Assembly (NCBI GenBank): GCA_050011875.1
Contig: JBEKIG010000026.1
Coordinates: 1 to 17,488, forward strand
Reading direction: 5' to 3'
Source: Nitrososphaeria archaeon
GTDB taxonomy: Archaea > Thermoproteota > Nitrososphaeria > JACIWG01
DNA: 17,488 nucleotides
In this document: positions 1-7,662 of the stretch, piece by piece
How positions within the stretch are numbered: the first letter of the stretch is position 1
Layout of the letters: every line of letters starts with the position of its first letter
Position numbers and translations under genes: made by a program
Notes under the pieces: generated by a model
The model's database searches: none
Seen by the model: only the letters and a program-made list of their open reading frames with translations
Told to the model about the DNA's origin: nothing

Positions 1-402
1 TTTGAATTTGCTCAAACTCTCTCAGGAAGGGTGCAGCTTGCAGTTCAAAAGTTTGCAGAGGCCATGGAAGTCATACCTTTGACTCTGGCTGAAAACGCTG
101 GAATGAATCCGATAGACACCCTGGTTGAGCTTAGAGCGAAGCATAGTAAGGGTGAAAAGACTGTTGGCATAAACGGACTTGTCGGAAAGGTTGAGGATGT
201 TAAGAACTTTGGGGTCTATGAGCCGACGGCTGTCAAAGAAGAGATTCTTTCAGCAGCCACTGAAGCAGCGACAATGCTTCTGAGGATAGATGACGTCATA
301 GCATCCAGTAAAACAAAATATAGTCCGCCAACAGGTTCAAGAGGTCCGTCATTCCACCCGCCATCCATAGGTCCGCCAACAGGCGGAATGGGAGAAGAAT
401 AA
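1..402 (+). CDS. Thermosome (group II chaperonin) subunit, 3' part; gene starts before the window
   Basis: The frame is open from base 1 (FEFAQTLSGRVQLAVQKFAEAMEVIPLTLAENAGMNPID...). It has the typical group II chaperonin C-terminal motifs IPxTLAENAG, GVYEP and ATEAATMLLRIDDVIAS, followed by a Pro/Gly tail. The alpha/beta subunit type cannot be resolved. Confidence 0.96.
   Translation, partial: FEFAQTLSGRVQLAVQKFAEAMEVIPLTLAENAGMNPIDTLVELRAKHSKGEKTVGINGLVGKVEDVKNFGVYEPTAVKEEILSAATEAATMLLRIDDVIASSKTKYSPPTGSRGPSFHPPSIGPPTGGMGEE
323..383 (+). repeat. 13-bp direct repeat GTCCGCCAACAGG (323-335, 371-383) encoding two PPTG units in the thermosome tail
   Basis: Exact repeat read directly from the sequence, 48 bp apart and in frame. 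Confidence 0.8.
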
Positions 403-1028
403 AGCCCATTCTTATTCACTTATTCTTGCATTGATCAGCTAACTCTTGATAAATAACTCACTAAGCTGGCATTAACCTTTCGGGAGAGAAGAGAGATTGT
501 ATGGCATCACGTTTATCGTCAAGTTTATGCTTCTTCCAGACCTTTACTTTAAGCTGTGATTGATTCTTGATTATATCCATAAAAACCTGACATAGCCAAT
601 TTAAAGTCCCTCTACGTGTTTAATAATAGATTGTCTCGTCCAATAATTTTGTTATTCAAGAATTAACTTGGCCAAATCATTGCAATTGAAGACTTCGGAT
701 AATTTATTGTTAAAGATTCATATTTAATTTATACACTTATTAGAAAATTATGAAGTGAAAAAAAACTATAGCATTTTAGATTTCTCGCTTACAGGAAGAG
801 TATGAATAGGAGTAGGAGAGAGAAGTTCGGGTTTAGGGGCTAAACTTTAATATCAACACCCGGGATGATTAAAAAAAGATACACAGATTGAAATAGGTTA
901 AACTCAAGGATGGCGGTTGAGATATTCGAGAGTGTACTTGGATCGTCAATTGAAAGGTTGGGCGTTGGAAAAGTTTTTGTTCTTGAGTCTTTAGACTTAT
1001 ATATCGATTAAATATTTGTTCTAAGATA

Positions 1029-1415
1029 ATGTCAGGAACAACTAGTGAGGGAAGTACTCAATTCTGTCAATACTGTGGTGCGGAGATAGACATAAAGGCT
1101 GAAATATGCCCAAAATGTGGTTTAAGAGTAGTTCCTCCACCAATTATTCCTCCGTCCGTTAGCCCTTCCACAGTTTCAACTCCACAGAAAAGTGTAGCAC
1201 TCGCAGCTGCACTTTCTTTCATATTTGTTGGTCTGGGACAAATTTACAATGGGCAAATCAGGAAGGGAATAGAGTTTATTATAGCTGGAATAGTATGTAT
1301 TATCTTGATTTTTGTACTAATTGGAACACCGCTATACTTTGTTCTCTGGGTTTACAGTATCTACGATGCTTACAATACCGCAAAAAAGATTAACGCAGGT
1401 ACAATTAAAACGTAA
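1029..1415 (+). CDS. Zinc-ribbon / TM2-domain membrane protein
   Basis: N-terminal CQYC...CPKCG zinc ribbon, a Pro/Ser linker, and a TM2-like KSVALAAALSFIFVGLGQIYNGQIRKG motif followed by hydrophobic helices and SIYDAY. Confidence 0.88.
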   Translation: MSGTTSEGSTQFCQYCGAEIDIKAEICPKCGLRVVPPPIIPPSVSPSTVSTPQKSVALAAALSFIFVGLGQIYNGQIRKGIEFIIAGIVCIILIFVLIGTPLYFVLWVYSIYDAYNTAKKINAGTIKT

Positions 1416-1715
1416 TTTGTCAGTATTCTTATGCATATAGTCAGACACGCTCTTTCTAACAAATAATCGTAGTGTATGAATGGAAAGTTGAGTGGCCCGT
1501 GGACATTGTCAGTGACACATAGTGACCGCAGATAGAACTCGAAGCAACAGTTATCATGCCTTACGGATAGACATTTCTTAACCATCTTTGCAAAATTTGT
1601 CTCTGCGAATCTGAACCAATGCTGATGTAAGGTTCGGAATATCTGAATAAATTTAGTGATAAGAAAATCCCGCTTTCATAAATGTTTAATTTCCCTAATT
1701 TTAGTATGTCTTCTC

Positions 1716-2846
1716 GTGGTCGACAGCAGGACAACAATATTGACGACTCTATCCCTAGACGCGTTCCTTTGGGGACTGGTAAACAGTCTCTTTGGGCCGT
1801 CAAGTCTAAGTCTTATGAGCTCATTTAATGTAGATTTTGCCACCGTAGGTGTTGCCACTTCTGCTGCCTCCTTTGGCGCTATGTTTGGTATTTTTACAGG
1901 AAGATATGCGGATAAATATGGCGCATATTACATCACAAGACTTTCTTTATTCTTCTTAGGTCTCACAACTTTACTCGCCGGCTTCGCAAACAGTATTTTT
2001 ATTTTTATAGGAATATATTTTCTAACTGGTATTTCGATAGGAACTTACCAAGCTTCCTCTAGCCAAGCAATCTTAGACCTCTATCCTGAAAATAAAATCA
2101 AGATGCTAAGCTTCAATCAAGCTTTTTTTGGAATCGGATCAACCATAGGTCCGACCCTTGTAGCTTTAATCGTTTCAAACTTTAACTCCTGGAAGATTGC
2201 TTACATGCTATACGGGGGACTTTTAGCAGTCTCCATGGTCTTCCAATTCAGGATTAAACAAGCAAGAACGCAAAGTGTGACCCTATCTGAGGGGAAAAGT
2301 GTGAAAGATAACTCCTTTTACGTGCTCTTAACAGCGATGTTTTTCATGTTCATAGTTGGGCAAGCAATTTCTTCTTGGCTACCAACTTTTATAGTTACTT
2401 CAAACAAAGCAACCTACCTTGAGGCAAGTGCTCTGCTTAGTTGCTACTGGGGAGCCGGAACCGTTATGAGAATGTTCGGATGGAAGTTAGTGGATAAGAC
2501 GGGAGAGAAGAAAGCGCTAGTTTACTTTCTCTCAGTCTGTACCATTTGCACCCTCGTCGCAATCGGAGTCACTGGGTTCATCCCTAACGCCTTTATCTGG
2601 GGGATCGTAGGACTTGTCTATGTCCCTATTTATCCTCTTATTATGACAGTTGCTTACAGCAAGTACAGGCGTAACCCCGGGAGAGCTATAGGCAGACTAA
2701 TTTTTTTCGCTAACTTTGGTGCATTAATAACGGCGCCCCTAATAGGTACAATAGACGCCATATCTGGCCCAAATATAGCGACCTTAATTATGCCCATATC
2801 AAGTCTAGTTGTTCTGATGATGTTTCTGAAGTTGAATATTGATTAA
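1716..2846 (+). CDS. Major facilitator superfamily transporter
   Basis: About 12 hydrophobic segments, MFS motif A-like GRYADKYG, its repeat WKLVDKTG, and the FFGIGSTIGP motif. The ORF track starts at 1656; the in-frame GTG at 1716 (MVDSRTTIL...) is a plausible alternative start. Substrate unknown. Confidence 0.9.
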   Translation: MVDSRTTILTTLSLDAFLWGLVNSLFGPSSLSLMSSFNVDFATVGVATSAASFGAMFGIFTGRYADKYGAYYITRLSLFFLGLTTLLAGFANSIFIFIGIYFLTGISIGTYQASSSQAILDLYPENKIKMLSFNQAFFGIGSTIGPTLVALIVSNFNSWKIAYMLYGGLLAVSMVFQFRIKQARTQSVTLSEGKSVKDNSFYVLLTAMFFMFIVGQAISSWLPTFIVTSNKATYLEASALLSCYWGAGTVMRMFGWKLVDKTGEKKALVYFLSVCTICTLVAIGVTGFIPNAFIWGIVGLVYVPIYPLIMTVAYSKYRRNPGRAIGRLIFFANFGALITAPLIGTIDAISGPNIATLIMPISSLVVLMMFLKLNID

Positions 2847-3076
2847 TCATACCGACGAGGTATGGAAATCATGTAAGAATAAGCTCTGAGTTTTGGAGTT
2901 TCAATAAAATATTGGAAGATATAGATCTTAATCAAATTGAAATCAATACATTTTATTGAAGCAGAAGGTTATTGACGAATAAATCTCTCCATTTGATTAT
3001 ATGAAAAATCAGATAATGTCATCAAATTTTAACGGCTCTAGCATATTTTTTAAGGTCAGATGCCGGGTTATAACAT

Positions 3077-3090
3077 AAACGCTTAAATAA
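3077..3090 (+). promoter_or_regulatory. Putative archaeal BRE/TATA promoter of the CBS gene
   Basis: AAACG-CTTAAATAA lies about 35 nt upstream of the ATG at 3124. Confidence 0.45.
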
Positions 3091-3123
3091 ATAACCTGGA
3101 CATATCATTGTTCGATCTTAGCC

Positions 3124-3555
3124 ATGCCCAACCTTGTTAAAGATTATATGGATAAAGAGGTTCCCACAGTTGAAGAAAGCCAACTTTCTACCGAAGCGGC
3201 TAAGATTATGATGAAAACAGGGAAAGGATTTCTTATAGTTCTACAGAACAGCAAGCTTTCGGGTATTTTGACAGAAAGGGACTTTGTAAATAAGATAGTG
3301 GCCGCTGAACGTGATCCAATAAAAGTTAAGGTTGGAGACATCATGTCCTTTCCGTTGATAACCATAGACCCTGATGAAGATATTCTTAGAGCATCTGAAA
3401 TGATGCAAAAGCATGACGTCCGAAGACTGCCTGTCACAAGAGGAGGAATAATCTATGGCGTAATAACAGCAAAAGATATCGCACGCCAAGCCGGTGAATA
3501 CGTGGAACGAGAAGTTAAAGAAATATTGAAGCGGTCTACACAATTTAGATATTAG
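3124..3555 (+). CDS. CBS-domain pair protein (stand-alone Bateman module)
   Basis: Two CBS repeats: VKDYM...GILTERDFV and VGDIMS...VRRLPV...GVITAKDIA. Confidence 0.93.
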   Translation: MPNLVKDYMDKEVPTVEESQLSTEAAKIMMKTGKGFLIVLQNSKLSGILTERDFVNKIVAAERDPIKVKVGDIMSFPLITIDPDEDILRASEMMQKHDVRRLPVTRGGIIYGVITAKDIARQAGEYVEREVKEILKRSTQFRY

Positions 3556-3662
3556 AAATAATAAGTATAATAATTATTGGGATTTTGTCACCTTGTCGTC
3601 GGATAGATGGGGCTGTAAATAATCGTCGGGTAACTTTATTAGTTCGTATAAAGGCTTGGAAT

Positions 3663-3864
3663 TTACATCTTCGATTTTGCGAGAATTTTTCCTGCTTCTT
3701 CCAAAAGCATGGACAATTCATTCCCGTTTTCGATGGGGATATTGTTCTTTTCGCAGAAGTGTAATATTTCACGAAATAAATTTCCTATTACTCAAGTTCA
3801 AGGGAAAGCAGTTTTTAGCCCTATAGAGCTTTTCTAATACATTTATTACATCAAGGTCGGACAA
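3663..3864 (-). pseudogene. Probable frameshifted small gene, third member of the RHH operon
   Basis: A TTG at 3864 with an upstream GGTGA overlaps the end of the 142-aa gene and reads MSDLDVINVLEKLYRAK... A different frame (3788-3663) continues IGNLFREILHFCEKNNIPIENGNELSMLLEEAGKILAKSKM*. No family recognised. Confidence 0.4.
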
Positions 3865-4279
3865 TGCCCTCTTCACCATTTCGGGAGTCTCTTCGGTTTC
3901 TTAACTCCTTAAATAATTCCCCTAATACTTTAGCATTTTCAGCTAATTCTTTGCTTGAAGCATCTTCCTCTAAGCCTAGAATTAATTTGATAAGTGCTCT
4001 ATCCTTTTCAACAAGTTTTTTGTTTTCCAGCGTTACATTTCTATTCTCTTCTAAAACGTATTCGTCTTTTAGAATAGTGCGATATTGGGACAAAAGTGTT
4101 GTCCACAAATCTACATTTTCTTGAACTAACTTTTGTATCCACCCGTAAGTTGGTTTAGAGGGCCCTTTCGGCATATTTTGGTAGATTGCATTAATTTGTC
4201 CTTTTAATAGTGAGGCTTCATCCTTCTTTTTATTTATATAAGTATCCCATTGTCTTTTAATGTTCTCATCTTCAGTCAT
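3851..4279 (-). CDS. Hypothetical helical / coiled-coil protein (142 aa)
   Basis: ATG start overlapping the upstream RHH gene (ATGACTGA). Charged, Leu-rich heptad-like segments. No family recognised. Confidence 0.75.
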   Translation of the reverse strand: MTEDENIKRQWDTYINKKKDEASLLKGQINAIYQNMPKGPSKPTYGWIQKLVQENVDLWTTLLSQYRTILKDEYVLEENRNVTLENKKLVEKDRALIKLILGLEEDASSKELAENAKVLGELFKELRNRRDSRNGEEGIVRP

Positions 4280-4439
4280 TCTTTTGCTTCACCTTCTTCG
4301 ATTGCTTCTCTATCCATGCCTCAATTGCCTCTTCTAACGCATCGCTGATATTTCCTTTCTTCATGCCTTTGCTTTCGAATACAGCCCTTCTAAATTGCTC
4401 TTCAAGTTTATCATCTAACACTATATTCATCTTACCCAT
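4272..4439 (-). CDS. Small ribbon-helix-helix (CopG/MetJ-like) DNA-binding protein, 55 aa, absent from the ORF track
   Basis: Manual translation gives MGKMNIVLDDKLEEQFRRAVFESKGMKKGNISDALEEAIEAWIEKQSKKVKQKND*. It has an alternating beta strand (KMNIVL), helix A, a G-N-I-S turn and helix B (SDALEEAIEAW). Confidence 0.82.
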   Translation of the reverse strand: MGKMNIVLDDKLEEQFRRAVFESKGMKKGNISDALEEAIEAWIEKQSKKVKQKND

Positions 4440-4476
4440 TTAGGTCAAGGTCTATATGGAGATATAATTATATTAA

Positions 4477-4716
4477 TATTTAGAGATAGCTACATATATA
4501 GAAAATCATATTAAGAGAATTGACGCTAACTCTTACAAAGTTAATTCCCAATCTGGAAATGGCGTATGTGAAGTCTTCAGCACCGAGTTAGGTTGGAAAT
4601 TTTCTTGTCCAGATTCCATTTATCGTTGTGTGAAGTGCAAGCACATTTATGCAGTTGAATTTTCCCTTTCAATAAGAAAAGAAGTTGAAATAAGGAAAAT
4701 AGTTTCATGCGTTTGA
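4477..4716 (+). pseudogene. Start-less, truncated N-terminal SWIM zinc-finger fragment resembling archaeal SWIM-DDE (IS6-like) transposases
   Basis: The open frame reads YLEIATYIENHIKRIDANSYKVNSQSGNGVCEVFSTELGWKFSCPDSIYRCVKCKHIYAVEFSLSIRKEVEIRKIVSCV*. It has YKVxSQSG and a SWIM CxC...CKH motif with the first Cys replaced by F. There is no start codon and no DDE domain. Confidence 0.7.
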
Positions 4717-4878
4717 GAAACCAATATCTCAGTAATCAAAATAATAACAGTTTACTATGTGATTTTAGAAATAATCATTATACAAACTATTTTTACTAAA
4801 GCGTCAAAGACAGGAGATACTAGATAAAGTTGAGACGTAATATAAATTAAATCAAATATAGATGTTGGTACCGGTTGA

Positions 4879-5934
4879 TTATTTTTTCGATTCAATATCC
4901 TTTATTTCTAACTCAATGGATTTGATAATGTCTTCTATGTCTTGAATTTTATCAAATATACTTCGCAGGTCGTCAATACTTAGAGTTTTATGTCTTAAAA
5001 CATCATCTTTCCCTTTCAGTAATTCTATGACACTTATTTCAGATAGAGTTGCCTTGTTTGAAGTGTCCTCTGTAATATTTAGCAGCGCATTTAACACGTC
5101 TTTACTATGTGTAGTAATTACAACCTGCCAATCTTTTGATAAAAGCCATCTTAAGAACTCCTTAATTATATTTGGATGTAATGAAGTCTCAAAATCATCT
5201 AAAAGAATAAGATGAGGTTCAAATAGTTGTAGCCAAAGTGCAATAAGAACGACTCTTGTTATACCTGATCCAAGGTCTTTAATATTAACGTAGTAAGGAA
5301 CATTTTCAGAGGTTTGTTTTCTGCCGACTATTTCAGGATTAAAAAGAAGTTCTGTGTATTCATCATCAACGCATTTATTTACAATCTCTTGCATTAAACT
5401 TAAATTTACACCATTTTTTATCAGAGTATTTTTAAAAGTCATACTTTGTTCTAAAATAGTTTCAATAGAGCTTAGATGATTAGGATCGTTTGGTATATAT
5501 ACTGTCCAATTAAATCTTTCCGTCTCACCTTTATATCTGAAGAGACTCCCTAACTGATCAAAGAATTCACGTTTTTTATCTGAATATCTGATAATGCCCC
5601 CATCCTCAATTTCCAAATTATAACTTGGTTCTTTGTCTTGGAGGGTTAACCTGACAAATTCGTTACCTATTGAGATACCTATAGTCGCTTTACCTGCATA
5701 TTTATATAATAATGATAAAAATTGGAAATGACTTTTTGTTATATTCTGCAGTCTGCTTAAATTAGTTGGTAATGTTAAATCTGTAGGAAATGGAAATAGA
5801 GATAATGCTTCCAGAATCGAACTTTTTCCTGCATTATTTCTACCTATCAGAACCACAAATTTTGAGAGTTTTATTGGTTCAATACAATTTCTTATCCCTC
5901 TAAATTCTTTAATATCGATTTGATTTATTATCAA
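4879..5934 (-). CDS. ABC-type ATPase of the AAA_15/AAA_21 (OLD/AbiEii-like) group
   Basis: N-terminal IxIKEFRGI strand, Walker A GRNNAGKSS, signature-like DLGSG, Walker B/D-loop LILLDDFETSLHP and H-loop ITTHS. No TOPRIM or nuclease domain is evident. TTG start. Confidence 0.9.
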   Translation of the reverse strand: MIINQIDIKEFRGIRNCIEPIKLSKFVVLIGRNNAGKSSILEALSLFPFPTDLTLPTNLSRLQNITKSHFQFLSLLYKYAGKATIGISIGNEFVRLTLQDKEPSYNLEIEDGGIIRYSDKKREFFDQLGSLFRYKGETERFNWTVYIPNDPNHLSSIETILEQSMTFKNTLIKNGVNLSLMQEIVNKCVDDEYTELLFNPEIVGRKQTSENVPYYVNIKDLGSGITRVVLIALWLQLFEPHLILLDDFETSLHPNIIKEFLRWLLSKDWQVVITTHSKDVLNALLNITEDTSNKATLSEISVIELLKGKDDVLRHKTLSIDDLRSIFDKIQDIEDIIKSIELEIKDIESKK

Positions 5935-6353
5935 GTGGTCATTTATATTATTTCCATTAGGTTAATATGTATTTCGTCTTTTACAAATATTCTGAACATA
6001 ATTTCTCCCGTACGTAATCGACAATGTCTTAGACACATAATAAATAGGGGGAAATTACCTCTCGTTGAATTAGTAATCTCCTTTTTTATAGATTTTGCAC
6101 ATTTTTCACTATTATATTTTATAACTTATTATTTTCTTAATCCTTCAGAACATATAAAGTATATACGCAGGTGGAAAATCGAGAAATTGGCGATATAGGG
6201 TAAAAAGTGAAGAATCGAAACTATCTTCTCCTTTATAAGATGTCTTGATACTATAAAGAGATTTAGGTTATAAGACAAAAGACGATATCGTAAGCAGATT
6301 AAAGGTTCAATTCGCCACTTCTTTGCGATCTTTTCAGTCTTTCGGAAGCCTAT

Positions 6354-7004
6354 TTATACTGTAGGGCTTTCAACAGGTTGGGGTTTTTTCTTTCCTGAAC
6401 CCTTTGGCCTTCCCCTTCTTCTTGGCGTCTTTTTTTCTTCTTCAGGGGTCCCAGAAGGCTCTTGTTTAGGTGTTACTTCTACCACTTTTGAAGACTCTTC
6501 TTTTGCAACTGCTGCAATCGGCGCTGCTATTTCTTGTCCAACAGTTGAAGGCTCTTGAGGAATTTCAGGTGGAGCAACAGTCAAATCTTCTTTTGCAGGG
6601 AGAACCTGTTCTGTTGGAGCCACGGTTACAGAAGGAGGCTGCACAGCCAGCGATTCAGATTCTGGTTTAGGCGCTTCTTCTACCACCTTTGAAGGCTCAC
6701 CTTTTACAGCCGCTATAATCTGCTCCATTGTTCCTTTTGTAGCAATTGAAGTCTGCTGGATAATCTGTGGTGGCGCAATAGGTATGCTTGCTTGTGTAGT
6801 TGGAACCTGTCCTGTTGGCACCTCAGCTGTAGAAGGAGGTTGCTCTGCTATTTTTTCAGATTCTGGAGCTGGTTTATTAGATGTCTTTTGTTCCGTCTTT
6901 TTTTCCTCCATCGGTTTTCTGCTCAAAAGTAGGTAAAGCAATATCACTATAACTATCGCGGCGACCAGTATCACGATCAGTTCCCAAACGTTCATCCATA
7001 TCAT
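6354..7004 (-). CDS. Single-pass membrane-anchored Pro/Glu/Ala-rich protein with a C-terminal AT-hook
   Basis: N-terminal TM helix LIVILVAAIVIVILLYLLL followed by SRK, a long low-complexity region with an internal repeat, and C-terminal PRRRGRPKGSGKKK (6384-6425). Confidence 0.82.
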   Translation of the reverse strand: MIWMNVWELIVILVAAIVIVILLYLLLSRKPMEEKKTEQKTSNKPAPESEKIAEQPPSTAEVPTGQVPTTQASIPIAPPQIIQQTSIATKGTMEQIIAAVKGEPSKVVEEAPKPESESLAVQPPSVTVAPTEQVLPAKEDLTVAPPEIPQEPSTVGQEIAAPIAAVAKEESSKVVEVTPKQEPSGTPEEEKKTPRRRGRPKGSGKKKPQPVESPTV

Positions 7005-7247
7005 ATATACTTAGAAAAAGGATGCTTATAAGCGAATAAAAAATTAAAACAGTGTTACCTCCAATTTGTATCCCTTTTTATAATCGTAATCCGGGAGCAC
7101 CTATATCCTTCTCGGGCTGAAGCCTAAGTCGTCAACAAGCTGCTTAATTATGTCCTCCTTCTTCTCCATGTACCGTACATCCTAACTCATCATTTTTTGA
7201 AATAAACGTCACCATTATGGTTTGATATGTCAATCAGCAACATAATT

Positions 7248-7319
7248 TGTAATTTATTTTGAACCTTATGATATTAAATGGAGTTAATCAACTATAAACT
7301 TTAATAAAAGTATTTCATA
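7248..7319 (+). repeat. Direct repeat copy 1 (duplicate of the hydrogenase promoter region)
   Basis: The core 7267-7304 matches 12071-12108 at 36 of 38 positions. Both copies then share AAGTATTTCATA and are preceded by TGTAAT(T/C)TATTTT. Confidence 0.88.
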
Positions 7320-7327
7320 TAAAAAAT

Positions 7328-7662
7328 TTACCTTATGGCATATTTATTCAAAATATTTTTGGGAATAACAAATATTATGACGGCTATAACTGAAGTAAGT
7401 ATTGCTTGTCCCCATGAGGCATCGAACAAGTGCTTAAACAGTGCTAACCAAATTATCAGCCGTATTATAGCGACGGCGAGCCAGGCAAAGAAGTACCCAA
7501 ATACGCTTCCGATAATCACTCCAAACACCACTATCCATACGGTATCTGTGAACTTTGCCTTACTACCTCCAACAATAGCCCTTCCAGCGAGCCATAAGAA
7601 GGGTGAGATAATTATGATGTTCAGTATCAGGTGTAAAGAAGGGTGTCTAAATTAAAAGCCAA
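7328..7662 (-). pseudogene. Frameshifted small multi-pass membrane protein
   Basis: A TTG at 7662 after a GGTG RBS reads MAFNLDTLLYT then stops. Restoring one base near 7630 joins it to LILNIIIISPFLWLAGRAIVGGSKAKFTDTVWIVVFGVIIG...KHLFDASWGQAILTSVIAVIIFVI. The ORF track shows only 7328-7531. Confidence 0.65.

Noticed and set aside
216-419. 67-aa minus ORF
   Set aside because: Antisense shadow of the thermosome 3' end with no independent motif.
1507-1517. Short palindrome TGTCA-G-TGACA upstream of the MFS gene
   Set aside because: Single occurrence, 5-bp arms and about 200 bp from the likely start, so compatible with chance.
1370-1858. Three short minus-strand ORFs (1370-1585, 1561-1803, 1676-1858)
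   Set aside because: They overlap the TM2 or MFS genes in antisense and have no recognisable domain.
3144-3772. Minus ORFs 3144-3437, 3241-3543 and 3545-3772
   Set aside because: The first two are antisense to the CBS gene. The third has an implausible composition, and a different minus frame (3663-3788) looks more protein-like.
4462-4473. Perfect palindrome ATATAATTATAT between the RHH gene and the SWIM remnant
   Set aside because: It could be an RHH operator or overlapping TATA boxes, but it is purely A/T in an AT-rich spacer, so it is not distinguishable from chance.
5920-6198. 92-aa plus ORF divergent from the ATPase
   Set aside because: It overlaps the ATPase start, is made of AT-rich I/F/Y codons typical of spurious ORFs, and has no RBS or motif.
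7335-7655. 106-aa plus ORF just downstream of repeat copy 1
   Set aside because: It is positioned as if driven by the orphan promoter, but it is the antisense of a much more protein-like membrane gene. Only expression data could rescue it.
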